From Ginglymostoma cirratum (Eukaryota), in contig JAHRHZ010000004.1 of assembly GCA_024137785.1 (NCBI GenBank), positions 19,432,034 to 19,496,033 of the forward strand: a stretch of DNA of 64,000 nt, written 5' to 3'. The translations under genes were made by a program, and so were the position numbers. Under the pieces are notes generated by a model. That model saw nothing but the letters and a program-made list of their open reading frames with translations, did no database searches and was not told the DNA's origin. This document shows, one piece after another, positions 1 through 41,600 of the stretch (position 1 is the first letter of the stretch; each line of letters begins with the position of its first letter).

Positions 1-615
1 CTCTTTCTAACAGATCTTCTCAAAGTTGTACCATCATATTGGTCTGTCTTTAAAAGTGTTTGTGGAGAGGATCTGCACTTGCCGAAATTTGCTCCCACAA
101 TCTGTACACGTTGTTCCTTTGCATTTTGTAAGTCAGTAGTTTTGATCTTTTTAGTTTACGGCTAAGTTATAGGGTGGGTTTTGTTTTGATATAGGAGTTT
201 ACTTAATTGTTTGCTGTTGCCCAAAATCTCTAAAGGTTTGGAGCAGTGATATTGTTATTAATGCTTCATTGAAATGGATACAGTGCAGATTTTAAACAGT
301 GGCAAAGGTTTTGGAACTACATAAAAACAGGTGGCGCAAAGCTGGTGACAATCTGCATGAGCACTTAATATGAGATCAGTTTGTTGTTTTGGGAGTTAAT
401 AACATTCCTTTTTTGATTTTTGCATTTCTGGACCTTAGCTCTCCTGTTCCTACAAAGTTCTAAATAAACTTTGCTATACGTTCCCTCCATCCCTGGAGTC
501 TCACTGGTTAAAATCCAAGGCGTGTTGTGCATATTTTTCCAATTTAATTTATTCTTTCCCTGATATCAGTTGACTTTCCTGGTTCACGTCCTCTTCACAA
601 GACTTTGAAGAGCAA

Positions 616-808
616 AATCAACTGAGGAACTGTGGATTCTGGAAATCTGAAAGGAAAACAGAATTTGCTGGAGAAACTGAGCGGGTCTGGCTGTAAATGA
701 ATCAGTATTCAGAAGTTGGTTCTGAAGTGGGGCCACTGAACCTGAAACTTTTACCTCTGCTTTCTCTCCACGGACACTGCCATACTTAGTGTTTCTTCAG
801 CAATTTCT
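616..808. mobile_element. Decayed fold-back Penelope-like non-autonomous element with 15-bp TSD
   Basis: GACTTTGAAGAGCAA at 601-615 and 809-823; inverted arms (CAGAATTTGCTGGAGAAAC / GTTTCTTCAGCAATTTCTG). Confidence 0.7.
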
Positions 809-1061
809 GACTTTGAAGAGCAAGTTTTATATTGTGTAATCATTGTTTTCAGATTAATAGCATTTTCTTTATTACTTAATGCTAATGTAGCATTGTGTGA
901 CTTGAGCCCTTGCTCTTTCCAATGGCAGACATTAAAGTTTCTGAGTGATAACTGGTGCCTTCTAAATCCAAACTATTGAATTGTTGTGTCTTCCTCCAAG
1001 AAATGGCTATCAATCATAACATGGTCTAAATTTCTTTTCTGGCATTGTTTCACCTTTTCAG

Positions 1062-30084
<29,023 letters not shown>

Positions 30085-30792
30085 GTGTCTGTCAGAACAA
30101 CGACTGTACTCTGCAACTGAGCTAAGAACCCTGGAATTGAACTGAACTGCACCAACATAAAAACATGCTTGAATATGCACTCTGCACTCTTAAGGGGTAT
30201 TCATCAATGACTGTCCAGTGATAGGAACAGCTTTACACATGAGTTCAACCCAGACAGCAGTCAGTTGATGCTCTGTTGGACCTCCAGCTCACACTCAGCA
30301 GATTGTCTGTACATTTTGTAACCGGTAGAAAGCAGCTTGTTAATGAGAGGAGATGTGAAGTGGCATTTCTGTCAGTCTCCGTCTGTCACATCAGCTGTAG
30401 CATACGTGTCCTGTCATTAACAGGGTATTTACTGTTTAGCCTGACCTGGGAAGAGCGTGTGATGGTGAACTCTGTGCAATCAAGTATCCATGTGGAGGAA
30501 ATGTTTTGTGTTTCTGTGGTGTGTTTTGCTTCTGGGTTCCTGTCAGCACTGGCCATGATCTGTAATCTACAGTTGGATTCATCATGTTTGAGACCGAATC
30601 CCTTATTGTCCACCTACCTCAAATATACTTCTGGAAATGAACATTTTCACTCATCTTTCAATAGCGATACCTACAGATTCACAGGTTACAGTTGTGGTGA
30701 AAGTAATTATTGGTTCGCAGCTCAGAGGATCACTGAACTGAATTTTACTGTGAGAAATTGAAACTGCCGTTTAATAGTCACTGAACTTTTCA

Positions 30793-31077
30793 AATAAAGA
30801 GGAGTGAGGGCTATTTCGAAAGTCCCAACTCCTTCTGCATTGTTAAGTATAATCCCATACAGTTGTACCATGTTAATGTCATCTGTATAGAATTAAATTA
30901 GGCTGATGGCTGAGCCCTTTACATCTGCCCTGTTCATCTGTTCGTCAGTGACCCCACTGAATATCTCATTGTGGAATTCTTGTAGGTGAGGTTAGGGAGA
31001 GATGGCCTTCTTATTTAACTTATTGCGCAAACACCAGAACTAAAATTTGAGATTTTTGACAGTAAAACTTGAATAAA
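30793..31077 (+). terminator. Candidate ATAD3A polyadenylation signals (AATAAA at 30793 and 31072)
   Basis: AATAAA hexamers 0.7-1.0 kb after the stop; the second is followed by T-rich sequence. Which one is used cannot be told from sequence. Confidence 0.4.
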
Positions 31078-34000
31078 TTAAACACTAATTTAATGTATCC
31101 CATTTCTATCCCAATTCGTTTTATTTTGCAGAAATTTATTTCTAGAAAGTGCATTGCTTTCCTTCAAAGTAAAAATTGCAGTCCTGCCTCAAAATTCAAA
31201 TATTCTGTGCACTGACCCAACAGCAGTACTGGTTGCGTTGGTTTAGATCTAATTTCCAATGATTTTTACATGGAATAACATGGCCTATAACAACAAGAGG
31301 TCTCCTTACTTATTTCTATACCTATCCCTTGCCCAAAAGTTCTCATTCAGCCTCTTTCGTGTGTCTCTAAACTTAATCTAGTTCATACAGGCTTATTAGT
31401 CTCCTTCAATCAGAGAAAGCTTTTTGTGATTGCTAACGCCACTACTAAAGTTGAATGAGGAAAGTCATGTCTTTGTCTCCCTTATAAAGTGAACTTGTAC
31501 TTTGTCAAACCTAAAAGCAGACAGTGAAAGGACACCTTTAAGAGCAACTAAGGGAGCGTAACAAATTTTGGCCTTGCCAGCTCTAGGAACGACGAAAAGC
31601 CCAGCTATCGTAGTATTTGATCTCCAACTTTACATTTGTGCTAGCCACATGAGAGTAAGGAAAACATAAAAGGAGAGAACATCAAGACGTTCTTCCTAGG
31701 CACTTGCAAATAAAAAACAGATGCTTTGTATGTGCCAAACTATTGACATAAAACAAGAGTATTAAGTTCAAATCTGAGAACTCTGTCCTGATGGACCAAT
31801 AGTTATAGTCCATGGCAAGAGTTGCATGCAGCTGGTGCAGATGGGTAGGGGTGTGAAATAGGCAGTGGTTTCCACACTTCCACCCCCATGTCCCTTTGGT
31901 TTTCAGTGATGACTACTGCATTATATTTGTGTATATTGAGCCACAGGCAAAAAGCCTGCTTTGGAATTTGGCTTGTTAATTATTCAATATTGTTCATGAT
32001 TCTGGTTTCCCTCAAAGTCTGAACTCTCTACAGATGTATGGCCCAAATGAGGATTGGCAGCTTGGAGTTTCTATTATGGCCAAGAAAAATCAAATACAGT
32101 TTTAGTCATTATGTATAGGTCCTTCATCTGTCTGCCCAGAATGTTCAGACTCTCTTCCACAGAGTAGCTACAGAAGTTGTATTGCTCTTGACTGTGAGTG
32201 AACTTCATTGAAGTACCAAAATGAGAGTAGCAAGAGTACCTTAAAATATGTTTGGGCAAGGAGGCCAAGTGGGATTTCTGGTCTGTCATATATATTAAGT
32301 AAAACACGTATTGTTGAAATGATTCTGGTGATTTTAGAGTCTGGAAAGCTTGCATTTCCTCATGTACATTGATTTATAAAGTGAACAATTTTTTTAAACA
32401 TACCATTACCATTATATTCCAAACATGGAATGATTTTGATTTGATAAATCCTTTTTTATTGGATTAAATATGTAAATCCTGCTTTATCTAATAAAACAAC
32501 AGATAAGCTATTAGAATCAGACACATAGAAAATGGTTTACTTTTGTGAGAAAAGATGAGAGAGTTGGTTCTTACTGAAAAGATTCTTGTCACCATTCACA
32601 ATATTATTAGGTATGGGATCTTTCTTAACTTTGAATGCAGAGGGTTAGATACAGTTGGTTGGGTGGGGCAATGCAAATTCTCAGACTGCATCTGTTGGTG
32701 GTGACGTTAGTTTCATCACCAAATATAATCACACTAGATTTTAATGGCTGATTTCATACAGTGGGCCATCTCTCCTTAGAACTGACTTGGTACCAACCTC
32801 TTAGCATTTAGTACCAAGGACAAGGCATTTCATCCAATAATGTGAGATGCTGTCATGTCAAAATCTAGAGTATCCAATCCCTTGTGGCTCAATTACTAGC
32901 CTGTATAAATACAGTTACAACATAATTATGTTGAAGTAGCCCTTCCCCAAGGGAATCTAAGGCTGTTATTGTTGGTGCTTCATAACTGCAGTCTCCATGC
33001 AGTTCATGCCAAGCAATGTATCAACAGCTGTGAGCAGCTTGTGTTTGGTGTCATAAACCCAGCAGTGACATCATGGCAATGGTTGCCTGGTTCTGTGGCT
33101 ACAATGATGAAATGATGAACCTGCCATGGCACTTGCAACTTATGGTGAAGCTTTGTTCAGTTGCTCTCACTCAAAATTGTCTTAACATTTATTTCATGGA
33201 ATGATTAATGCTGGTCTGATTCTGGGAGGAAGTGGTGTTGCCATCAAAGATCATCTAAACCTCAAAAGCAATACTTGCCTGAAAAGTATCATTCCCATAT
33301 AGCTACCTGTGGGGTGAAGGAAAGTGACAGATCCCTAGTTGAAATTTCTTAATAACCTGAGCTCAAGGGCCAATGGATAAGTAAAATTTTAGCAAATTGG
33401 CTCTGAATTAGTCTTTGTATCCACCTAAAGAATGGAGAAAATATCCATGGACACGTGATGTGCTGTGTAGGGAGCCGCTATGTAAAGGTGCTCACTGTCT
33501 GAATTTGCTGAAAGCATTGCCATTCAACCCCCAAATTAACAGTAGTCTACATTTACAGTTTCTAATTTTTGGAGGGGTGTAAGTAAGTCCCAAGTTTTAA
33601 AACAGAGCTATGGGGGTGAGTAGTTATTACACATTACATGGTCTTCAAGAAAATGGAGAAAGGAAGGTGGAAGGAATTAGGGATGGCATAGAAAAGAATG
33701 GGGCAGGAGGCTGGATGCTGTGCCAACAATAGCGATGCAAAGGGAGGGTAGAACCCACTGGATTTGAGAAGATTGCAGAGAGAAGGTGGTATGATGCTGT
33801 GAAGCTTCAGATAAAAATTAGAATTCTGAATGCATTGGGGTGGAACAAATGCAAATATCAGGTGATTTGCAAGCATTTTTAATTTGATTGGATATGGGTG
33901 CTAAAGTTTGACGTCAGAAGTGTGATGGTGAGTCTTCAAGGAGGATGGTAATAAAATCCCTCTCCTTTTCTCAAAGCTCCCCCTTCAGAATCATGGGACA

Positions 34001-35296
34001 TCCCAAAGAACGGTGCAGCTATTTAAACTACAGTCAATGTTGCACAGACAAATTTGTGCAACTTCAGTCCCCAGAAGGTGGAATAAATCTGTAAGAATGG
34101 AGGTGGTAAATGCAGTAAAGTAAGAAAACAGTCTGGGTTGGACAAGATAACATGGGTTGAAATGGGCTAATTCCGTCTGAGTGGACATGAAGGGTTCGAA
34201 ATCAATAAAGGGAGGAGAACCTGAGCCTGAAAACAACGATTTCAGCTTTAGTGATGTACAGTTAAGGGAAATTTTCTGACAGCAAAGAGAGGGGGAAGAT
34301 GCCTTTGGGGAATTAATATGGTCAACAAATAACAAATTGGAATCTGGAGGTGGAGAATAAGGGAGCAGGAAGTAATAGGTGTGGATAAATGAAAACTAGC
34401 GTGACAAGAGGCACAGGAGATATGAAGAGTAGGAAAGGAGGGCAATCGAGGGAAAAATGGAAGACAGCAGCAGACAGCTGCATGCTATCACAATCTTAAA
34501 GATGAAGAAGTTTATCAACGCTTCTCCAGAGGACAGAGATCTGGAGATAGTTTATTGTGCAGTGAAGGAGCTGTGGATTATTCTTGCCTTGTAGGATTTC
34601 CTGTAATAATAGATTTGAATAAGAAAGTGACCATAAAGATTAGTTGATGTACTTGACTAGGAGCATTTGACAGAGAGATAACGTCCTCAGGAAAATTGCA
34701 ACTGCTGCGATGATTAGGGGACTGTGGAGAGTGGGAATCTTGTGCAATGTAATCAAGTTCAGGGAAAAAAAAAATAGGAATTAGGAGACTGGCTGGAACA
34801 AGTTAAATTGAAGAGATTGTGAGGCAAGATAATGTACTGTGGCCTTTGATTTTAATTACTAAAAATGGAGCTGTTTAAGCAATGTCTGTCATAAGGATCT
34901 CTTGAAACATCAGTATCAGTCGGTGGTGGTATTTTAATGTGTCGCTGTGATTGGCAGAAACCTACAGAGTGGATTACGTTCTTGGCAATGACTGAACATT
35001 GAAGGTTCCAATCAATGTAAGATTAATTAACAAGGCTAATCAACAGCATCTCAAGGGCATTTGGTTTTAAGTCAAAGCCACTGGTTATAAATCAAAGTCA
35101 ATTACTAAATATGATTTGTTGATTTTAATGTGCATGCTATTTTGTGCACAGTTTCAAAAGAAGTTTGATTCGTGGGAGATTCAGACAACAGTTGTAATTC
35201 AACCACATAAAATGCAAAGTTATGATAAAAAAGCTCCTAAAATAATTGTATTCTGCTCACCATCAACTTTTTGAGGACAACTGGGAAAGGGTAATA

Positions 35297-35613
35297 AGGT
35301 GGCACGGTGGCTCAGTGGTTAGCACTACAGCCTCACAGCACCAGGGACCCGGGCTCGATTCCAGCCCCAAGTGACTGTCTGTGCGGAGTTTGCACATTCT
35401 CCCCGTGTCTGCGTGGGTTTCCTCCGGGTGCTCCGGTTTCCTCCCACAGTCCAAAGATGTGCAGGCTAGGTGGATTGGCCATGCTAGATTGCCCGTAGTG
35501 TTCAAGGGTGTGTGGGTTATAGGGGAATGGGTCTGGGTGGGATGCTCCAAGGGTCGGTGTGGACTTGTTGGGCCGAAGGGCCTGTTTCCACACTGTAGGA
35601 TTCTAATGATTCT
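35297..35613 (+). mobile_element. HE1-like V-SINE, best-preserved copy
   Basis: A box TGGCTCAGTGG, B box GGCTCGATTCC, GGGTTTCCTCCGGGTGCTCCGGTTTCCTCCCAC V-domain, tail GGGCCGAAGGGCCTGTTTCCACACTGTAGGATTCTA. Confidence 0.92.
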
Positions 35614-38600
35614 GAAGCTGGCTTTCAGTGACATAACTGACCTTTGAACCAGTTTTTTTTTAAAAAGCCATGAACAACTTAATTTAACTTTTAAAAACAT
35701 TAAAAAATTTTGGTAGTTTGACCAGAGGTCTTCGTACATAACTAGTTCCCTTTAAAGAGTTTCAGAAACTCCTATGCCCACATGTAGAATAATTTTTCAT
35801 TTAAGTAGGTAACATTGTCCTTTCAAAAAGGAGCTGAAGGAGGTTCTATGGATTCAGAGCATAAAACTGAAGTAAAAAGATGAGGCAAGAGAATAAAAGA
35901 TCACTAGGAAGGCAAACAGTAAAGCTTTTATAAGTGCAGTAATAATGATAATAAAGACTGATACTTCAGAGTGAGGACACGGTGGAAATTCTTACAATAA
36001 CCTGCATTTCTATAATACATTTAATGCAGGGAAATATCCCAACCAGCTTCACAGGACAAAGAGCAATTAGCCAAATGTGGCTTTACAGTTCCCACCAATT
36101 AAAGTGATCACTTTTTGTGGTTTCAGAGGGGGAAGAGAAGTAGCACGTACAGTTCAATGTAATAAATCATTAAAGAAAGAACACTGTAAGTATACACCAA
36201 TGACAGAGGTTTTAAAAATAGGTTTACAAATGTAAATTCCAAACAAAGCAAATAAGATTGTTGGTTTTACATTTTGGGACATTGAATATAAAACTGAAGA
36301 AGTGATGCATGCGGAATGGTTGGAGTATTGTACACGGTTTTGTGTGCAGCATTATGGAAACAATACTGGAGTCATAGAAGAGTAATATTAGAAAAGAAAT
36401 GTCATAATTGTGAAGAAAGGCTTAAAAAGTATTTTCTACTGTAACTGAGTAGACACCTAATTGCATTTTTCAGAACTGCGTTGTTATACAAATGAAATCG
36501 TTTCCACTGATTAGCAAATTCTTAACAATAACAAAATTATCACCAGAAGAATGAAGAGGAATGTAAGACATCGGGTTATTAGAATATGAAATGCACTTAG
36601 GATATTGACACAGATCAGCATTTAATACAGAATTTGTAAAGGGCAGAGAAAGGGAATAACAGTTAAAAGTTTATCAGTGGCACCGGCATGAGAAGTTAAT
36701 TGACATAGATTCCTGCAATTTGTGTTATTCAAATCATCTGAATTGATAAGGTCAGATGAACAGTAACATGCCTCCCTTAGCACTTAACCACCAATCCTTT
36801 GGGGTACAGCTCCTACTCTGAATACATGGTTATTGAGACACCGTGAGTTAAATAGCCTACATAATATAAATAAGGCTTTTGAGAGACACCAATGAAAAAA
36901 CTGAAAGTGATGCTGCATGTTTTTATGGATCTTGATTGTTTAAACATTCTAATGAAGCTGAACAATGATCCTCAGTGCTCTACAAGATGCCAGAACACTT
37001 TTACAACAGTTTGCCTTTCACACTCTCAATTAAAGGTCACAAATAGATGTAGCTGTCGTTCTTTCTTGTTCAAGGAATAATTGCCCCTTGCTGCATTCTG
37101 TGATTTTAAATGGATTTGGATCTATCATGGTTTAATTACTCCACCGAGATTAAAATAAAACAACCAGGGTTGTAAAACCTTGCAGTTGGGATTATTCCCG
37201 CTGCTGTAATAATTATAACTTGCATTTCTATTTATAAGTAAAACTTCACATATCTGAGTCGTACAGACCAGATGGGCTCAGCGAGGGTTCCTCAGTGTCC
37301 TTGAATTAAGGATGAGAAATTTAGTGCCTACTCCTCATCACTATCCAGTGCTTCTGCCTGGAAGCTGTGTCCGTGCGTGTACGCACTTGGCAGGTGATGA
37401 CAAGATCAGGCTCAGTGAATACCTGCTGACACTCGCTGTCTCAGCTCACACATCAAGAATGGCCACTTGGGTGAAGCACCAGACACAGAATCTTCCGGAG
37501 AAATGGAAGGGAAAGAAATTTGGCTTAATAGAATATTTACATACAAGGGAATTTTCAATTGGTTGACCCATTTTCAGAGTTCATTTCTACCCACTTCTAG
37601 CCAACAGTACTGTACAGGAGCTGGTTGTTGTCTGATTGATCTCTTGTTCACTGTTTATTTACATTCTTTCATCTTAGTTGAAAAAAGTTCAAACTAATTT
37701 TAAAATGGCAACCTTTGGAATTTTGTGCAGTTCATTCACTTAATTGTAAAATATTAATATTGCTTAATAAGGGAAATGTACTGAGTTTCATGAAGCTTTT
37801 ATAATTAAAAGTCTCCTTTGAAACTCAGTATATTTTCTTCATTCAGCAAAATGAATGTTTCAAATAAAAGGCGAGGGATAATGCCTGGTGCAGTACCTCA
37901 AGCACGCTGCTGTTACAGGTTCATAATGGAATAGATACAGCTCTTCAATCTGCTACAGTCATAGTCGCATCTCCTTGTGAGTTGTATTTGGTTTGATGGT
38001 GGGCTTTGGGACGAATCCAGGGAACTAACTTTGGATTGTATTAGAAGGTATTTACATACCACAGCACGTGCTATTTACAGCACATAAACAGACCGTGTAA
38101 ATCAACTGGTATGTCCAAGAGTTTATGCTCCCTTAACAAGATTCTTTTATATCCTTTATCCATATCGTCCCTTGCCTTAGTCTTGTAATTTAATTCAAAA
38201 GTATTTTCCAAAGGTGTCCTTTCTGTGCCATTTAATATTTTATAAACATACAAAGTGGTCACCATTTTTGCACCTTCCATCAAAGTTGAAAATCCCAAGT
38301 TTCTTCACATCTCCATTATCCTGACTCTCGGGATTATCTTCGTGGTTCCTTCCTGCATTTTGTCTGATGCTTAGATATCTTCCTTTTGTCTCAGTAACCA
38401 GGACTAGATACTCGGTGTACAATCTGCCTCAGTACCAGAATTCAATCTCAAATTCTTCCGACTCATGTTGTGCTATTCAGTTTTCGGTGATCCAGTGGTC
38501 CTGTTGATTACTGCTCTTAATTCGTTAAATATGTTGGACATCGAATCTACTGAGGCCTTTTGGCTTCTTCCTACTTTAGCTGTCTCAATGCCCCATTCAG

Positions 38601-41600
38601 GAAGTGTGGATCATCAGTTTCCTTTCCATGTCTTGCACAACTGCGTTCATGAAGTTCCATCAGCTGTTGTTCTGTCCACTTACTCGATTTGTCCAACTTA
38701 TTTTGGAATTTTTGAGGCTGCTTCCTTTCATTTGGTTACCACTCTTAGTTTGTGTTCGCCTGTAAATTTGACCATTTTATGTTGAGTTTATCAATCCACT
38801 GATGGCTGGGTTAGTGAGGAAGGTGAGTGGGAGTGGGTGAGGATTCTCAAGGGAAGAGGTGAGGAGTGGTGCACATGCGAAAGGACTAACTCACTACACC
38901 AGCAAGTATAGCAAGGAAAGGTTGATGAGTGATCAGAAGACGGAGAAGATAGACAGTAAGACAGTTGATGGAGCTGGCAGCAGAATCAAATCAGATCACA
39001 GTGTTAGAAATGCAACTTCCATGAAGAAAATGAAACGCACAGCACCAACAGTGAAGGACTCAGTACTTAAATGTTTCAAAAGTTGAATGCACACCAATGT
39101 GTGGGAAGATCTCACAATTATGCCCACTGAGCTAGGTCATCTGCAGACATTTTTAATCAATAAAGTGAAAACACTATTAAATATCATTGATTCAATGCCC
39201 TGATACCACAAAGAAAAATAATGCACCATAACGCATTGTGAAGTGCTTACTCACCATCACCCACATCTGGCACCTGTAAGCATTGATTTCCCACATTTGC
39301 AAATCTTTCCATACAGCCTGGAGACACGAGTTAAAAACCTGAATGACTCAGTGAAACCCCCAAAAATCAACAAGTCTGCCAAGAAATTACCTCTCCATAA
39401 GTCCATCCCCGTCTATCATCAAAGATCAGCGAACTCACCACAGTATTTCTGCAGCAGTGAAAATTCCACTGGTTACCCTTTCTATTGAGTATTTCACAGT
39501 GGCAGGCACAGTCCTGTTCTCAAAAACAAACTTTTAATGTCACAGTTCTTCAGCAAACGTGCACACTTCAACTAGACAACATGCCCCCGAGTACAGATCA
39601 TTTTAACCCAGGAATATATCTGAATACACCTGCACAGATTGGATGTTCTATAGATTTTTCTAAAATAAATATGAAAAGATTGATAGGAATGAGACATTAA
39701 ATAATAGGGACACCCTAGCACAGGATTAGCACATCCCCGCTAAATCAATAATTTCACAATTACAGTTTGGGACCTTCCTTTACATCTGAACTTACAGTCT
39801 ACAAAAGAGTTTTCTGCTCTTATAATCTAAACTGCTATCACACAGCGAACAACAGTAAGAAAGGCTCCTCATTGAGATGTTCAGTTTAGAAATGACAGTC
39901 CTGCTATAATCTCAGACCAAACTTAAAAAATTTTGGATGTCTTTAAGCCCTTTTCACAACTTTCTCACTGAATGTGAAGCAAGACAGAACTCAACTCCTG
40001 ACATCCAATATACAGCAAACTTGCCACAAAGAAGTGAACTGGGGATGGAAGTTGTCACTCACAAAAACAGGAACCACATTACTCATAATTCCATGCAAAA
40101 TAGATAAATTATGTATAGAAATTGAGTCACATCTTAGTTTGTATGCAAAAAGGGAGATTATTTGTACAAAATTATTACGGAGGTCACATGGCTTACAAGG
40201 TATAAAAGCTGAGTGACAGTAGAAGATCACAGGAAATTTGACCAAACAGGTGGGATTTAAGGAATATTGAAAAGAGTGAATTAGAGGGGTTTAGGGGAGA
40301 ATTTCCAAAGCTAAGGGCCTAGATACCTGAAAGTGCACCTGTCTGTCAAAGGTGGAGTGAGAATTGAGCTGTGCAGAGATCTCAGAGGGTTGCAGGAGGT
40401 TACAAACACAGAAGACGCTGAAGCCATGGTGGTATTTGGAGATGTAATTTCAAAACTGAGGCATTGCTGGATTGAGAACCAGAGGTCAGCAAGCAAAGGA
40501 TGTTGGATGAACAAGACTTAGTAAAAGGAATGTTTGCAGTAAATAGTCTGAAGCAGGAGGAAGTTAGGTGGTGTTATGGAAGTGTTAAGTAGGCAGCCCT
40601 TGAAATGGAACAGGTTGAAATGTCTTTTCAGGAGAAATCAAATGCCAATGTTGCAAGCTGTCTAGATGAGTGCTTGGCTTTAGCAAAGGACAGGAAAGGA
40701 ATCAAAGGCTAGGAAAAAGAGTTTGTGGTAGGAAGATAAGAAAAAGGCTTGGTTTAGCCGATCTTTAACTGTAGCAAATTTCTGCTCTTCCAATATAGGA
40801 TATTGTACAAACAGTGTGACAAATCAGAGACTGTAGAGAAGTTGAGCTGGTGACAAGGTAAGGTTAAAATTCTGATCTTAATCTTATCAAAGCGATGCAG
40901 ATTTGGAAAAAGTGCTAAAACATTTTCCACAAAAACTGAGACTATTTTCATCAAGGAAAGCTAAATAACCATAGGAAAGTGGAGCAAAAGTAGGTATATT
41001 GGCCCATCTAGCCTGCTCCACCATTCAACTATATCATGGCTGATCTGATACTTCAGTACAATTTTCCTGCATTATTCCTTGATACCTAGAAATCTATCAA
41101 ACAGGTTGTGGCTCTTTACACTGGGAAAAGAGAAGGCCAAGTAGTAATATGATGGAAAAGTTGAAGCTTATGATGAAGTTTGATAGGGTAAATGTAGAAA
41201 AAGTGTTTCCACTTGTGAAGGATCCCAAATGAAAGAAAAGGGGGTGACATTACATACAAGGGAATAGACATCACACTGTACACTAACAGAAAGGTTTGCA
41301 GTGTATATAAAGGGAAACCGCAATTGAAAGGGGAATGTGATGATGGTTACATACACAGGTTCACCATTTACAGAAATGAGGACAAATTAAATTATGCACA
41401 GTGGAGGGGTCACATTACGGCATGTAGGCCCAAAAAAAGCTAAGGCCCTTCCCATAAATGAGATCAAAAAAAAATGAGCAAAGAAAGAAACATTAGATGG
41501 ATAGTTAAAAACTTGGTCAAAGGGGTGAGTGTTAAGGGAGTTTGGGTCTTAAGAAAAATGGAGAGGTTTGATCGTGAATTCCAAAGCCTGGGGCTGGTAC

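Noticed and set aside
30276-30761. 161-aa ORF after the ATAD3A stop
   Set aside because: Non-ATG start, lies in the presumptive 3'UTR, no homology recognised, not in a read-through-compatible position
35297-35375. tRNA gene (A and B boxes)
   Set aside because: It is the head of a SINE that continues into V-domain and LINE tail; five copies in the window
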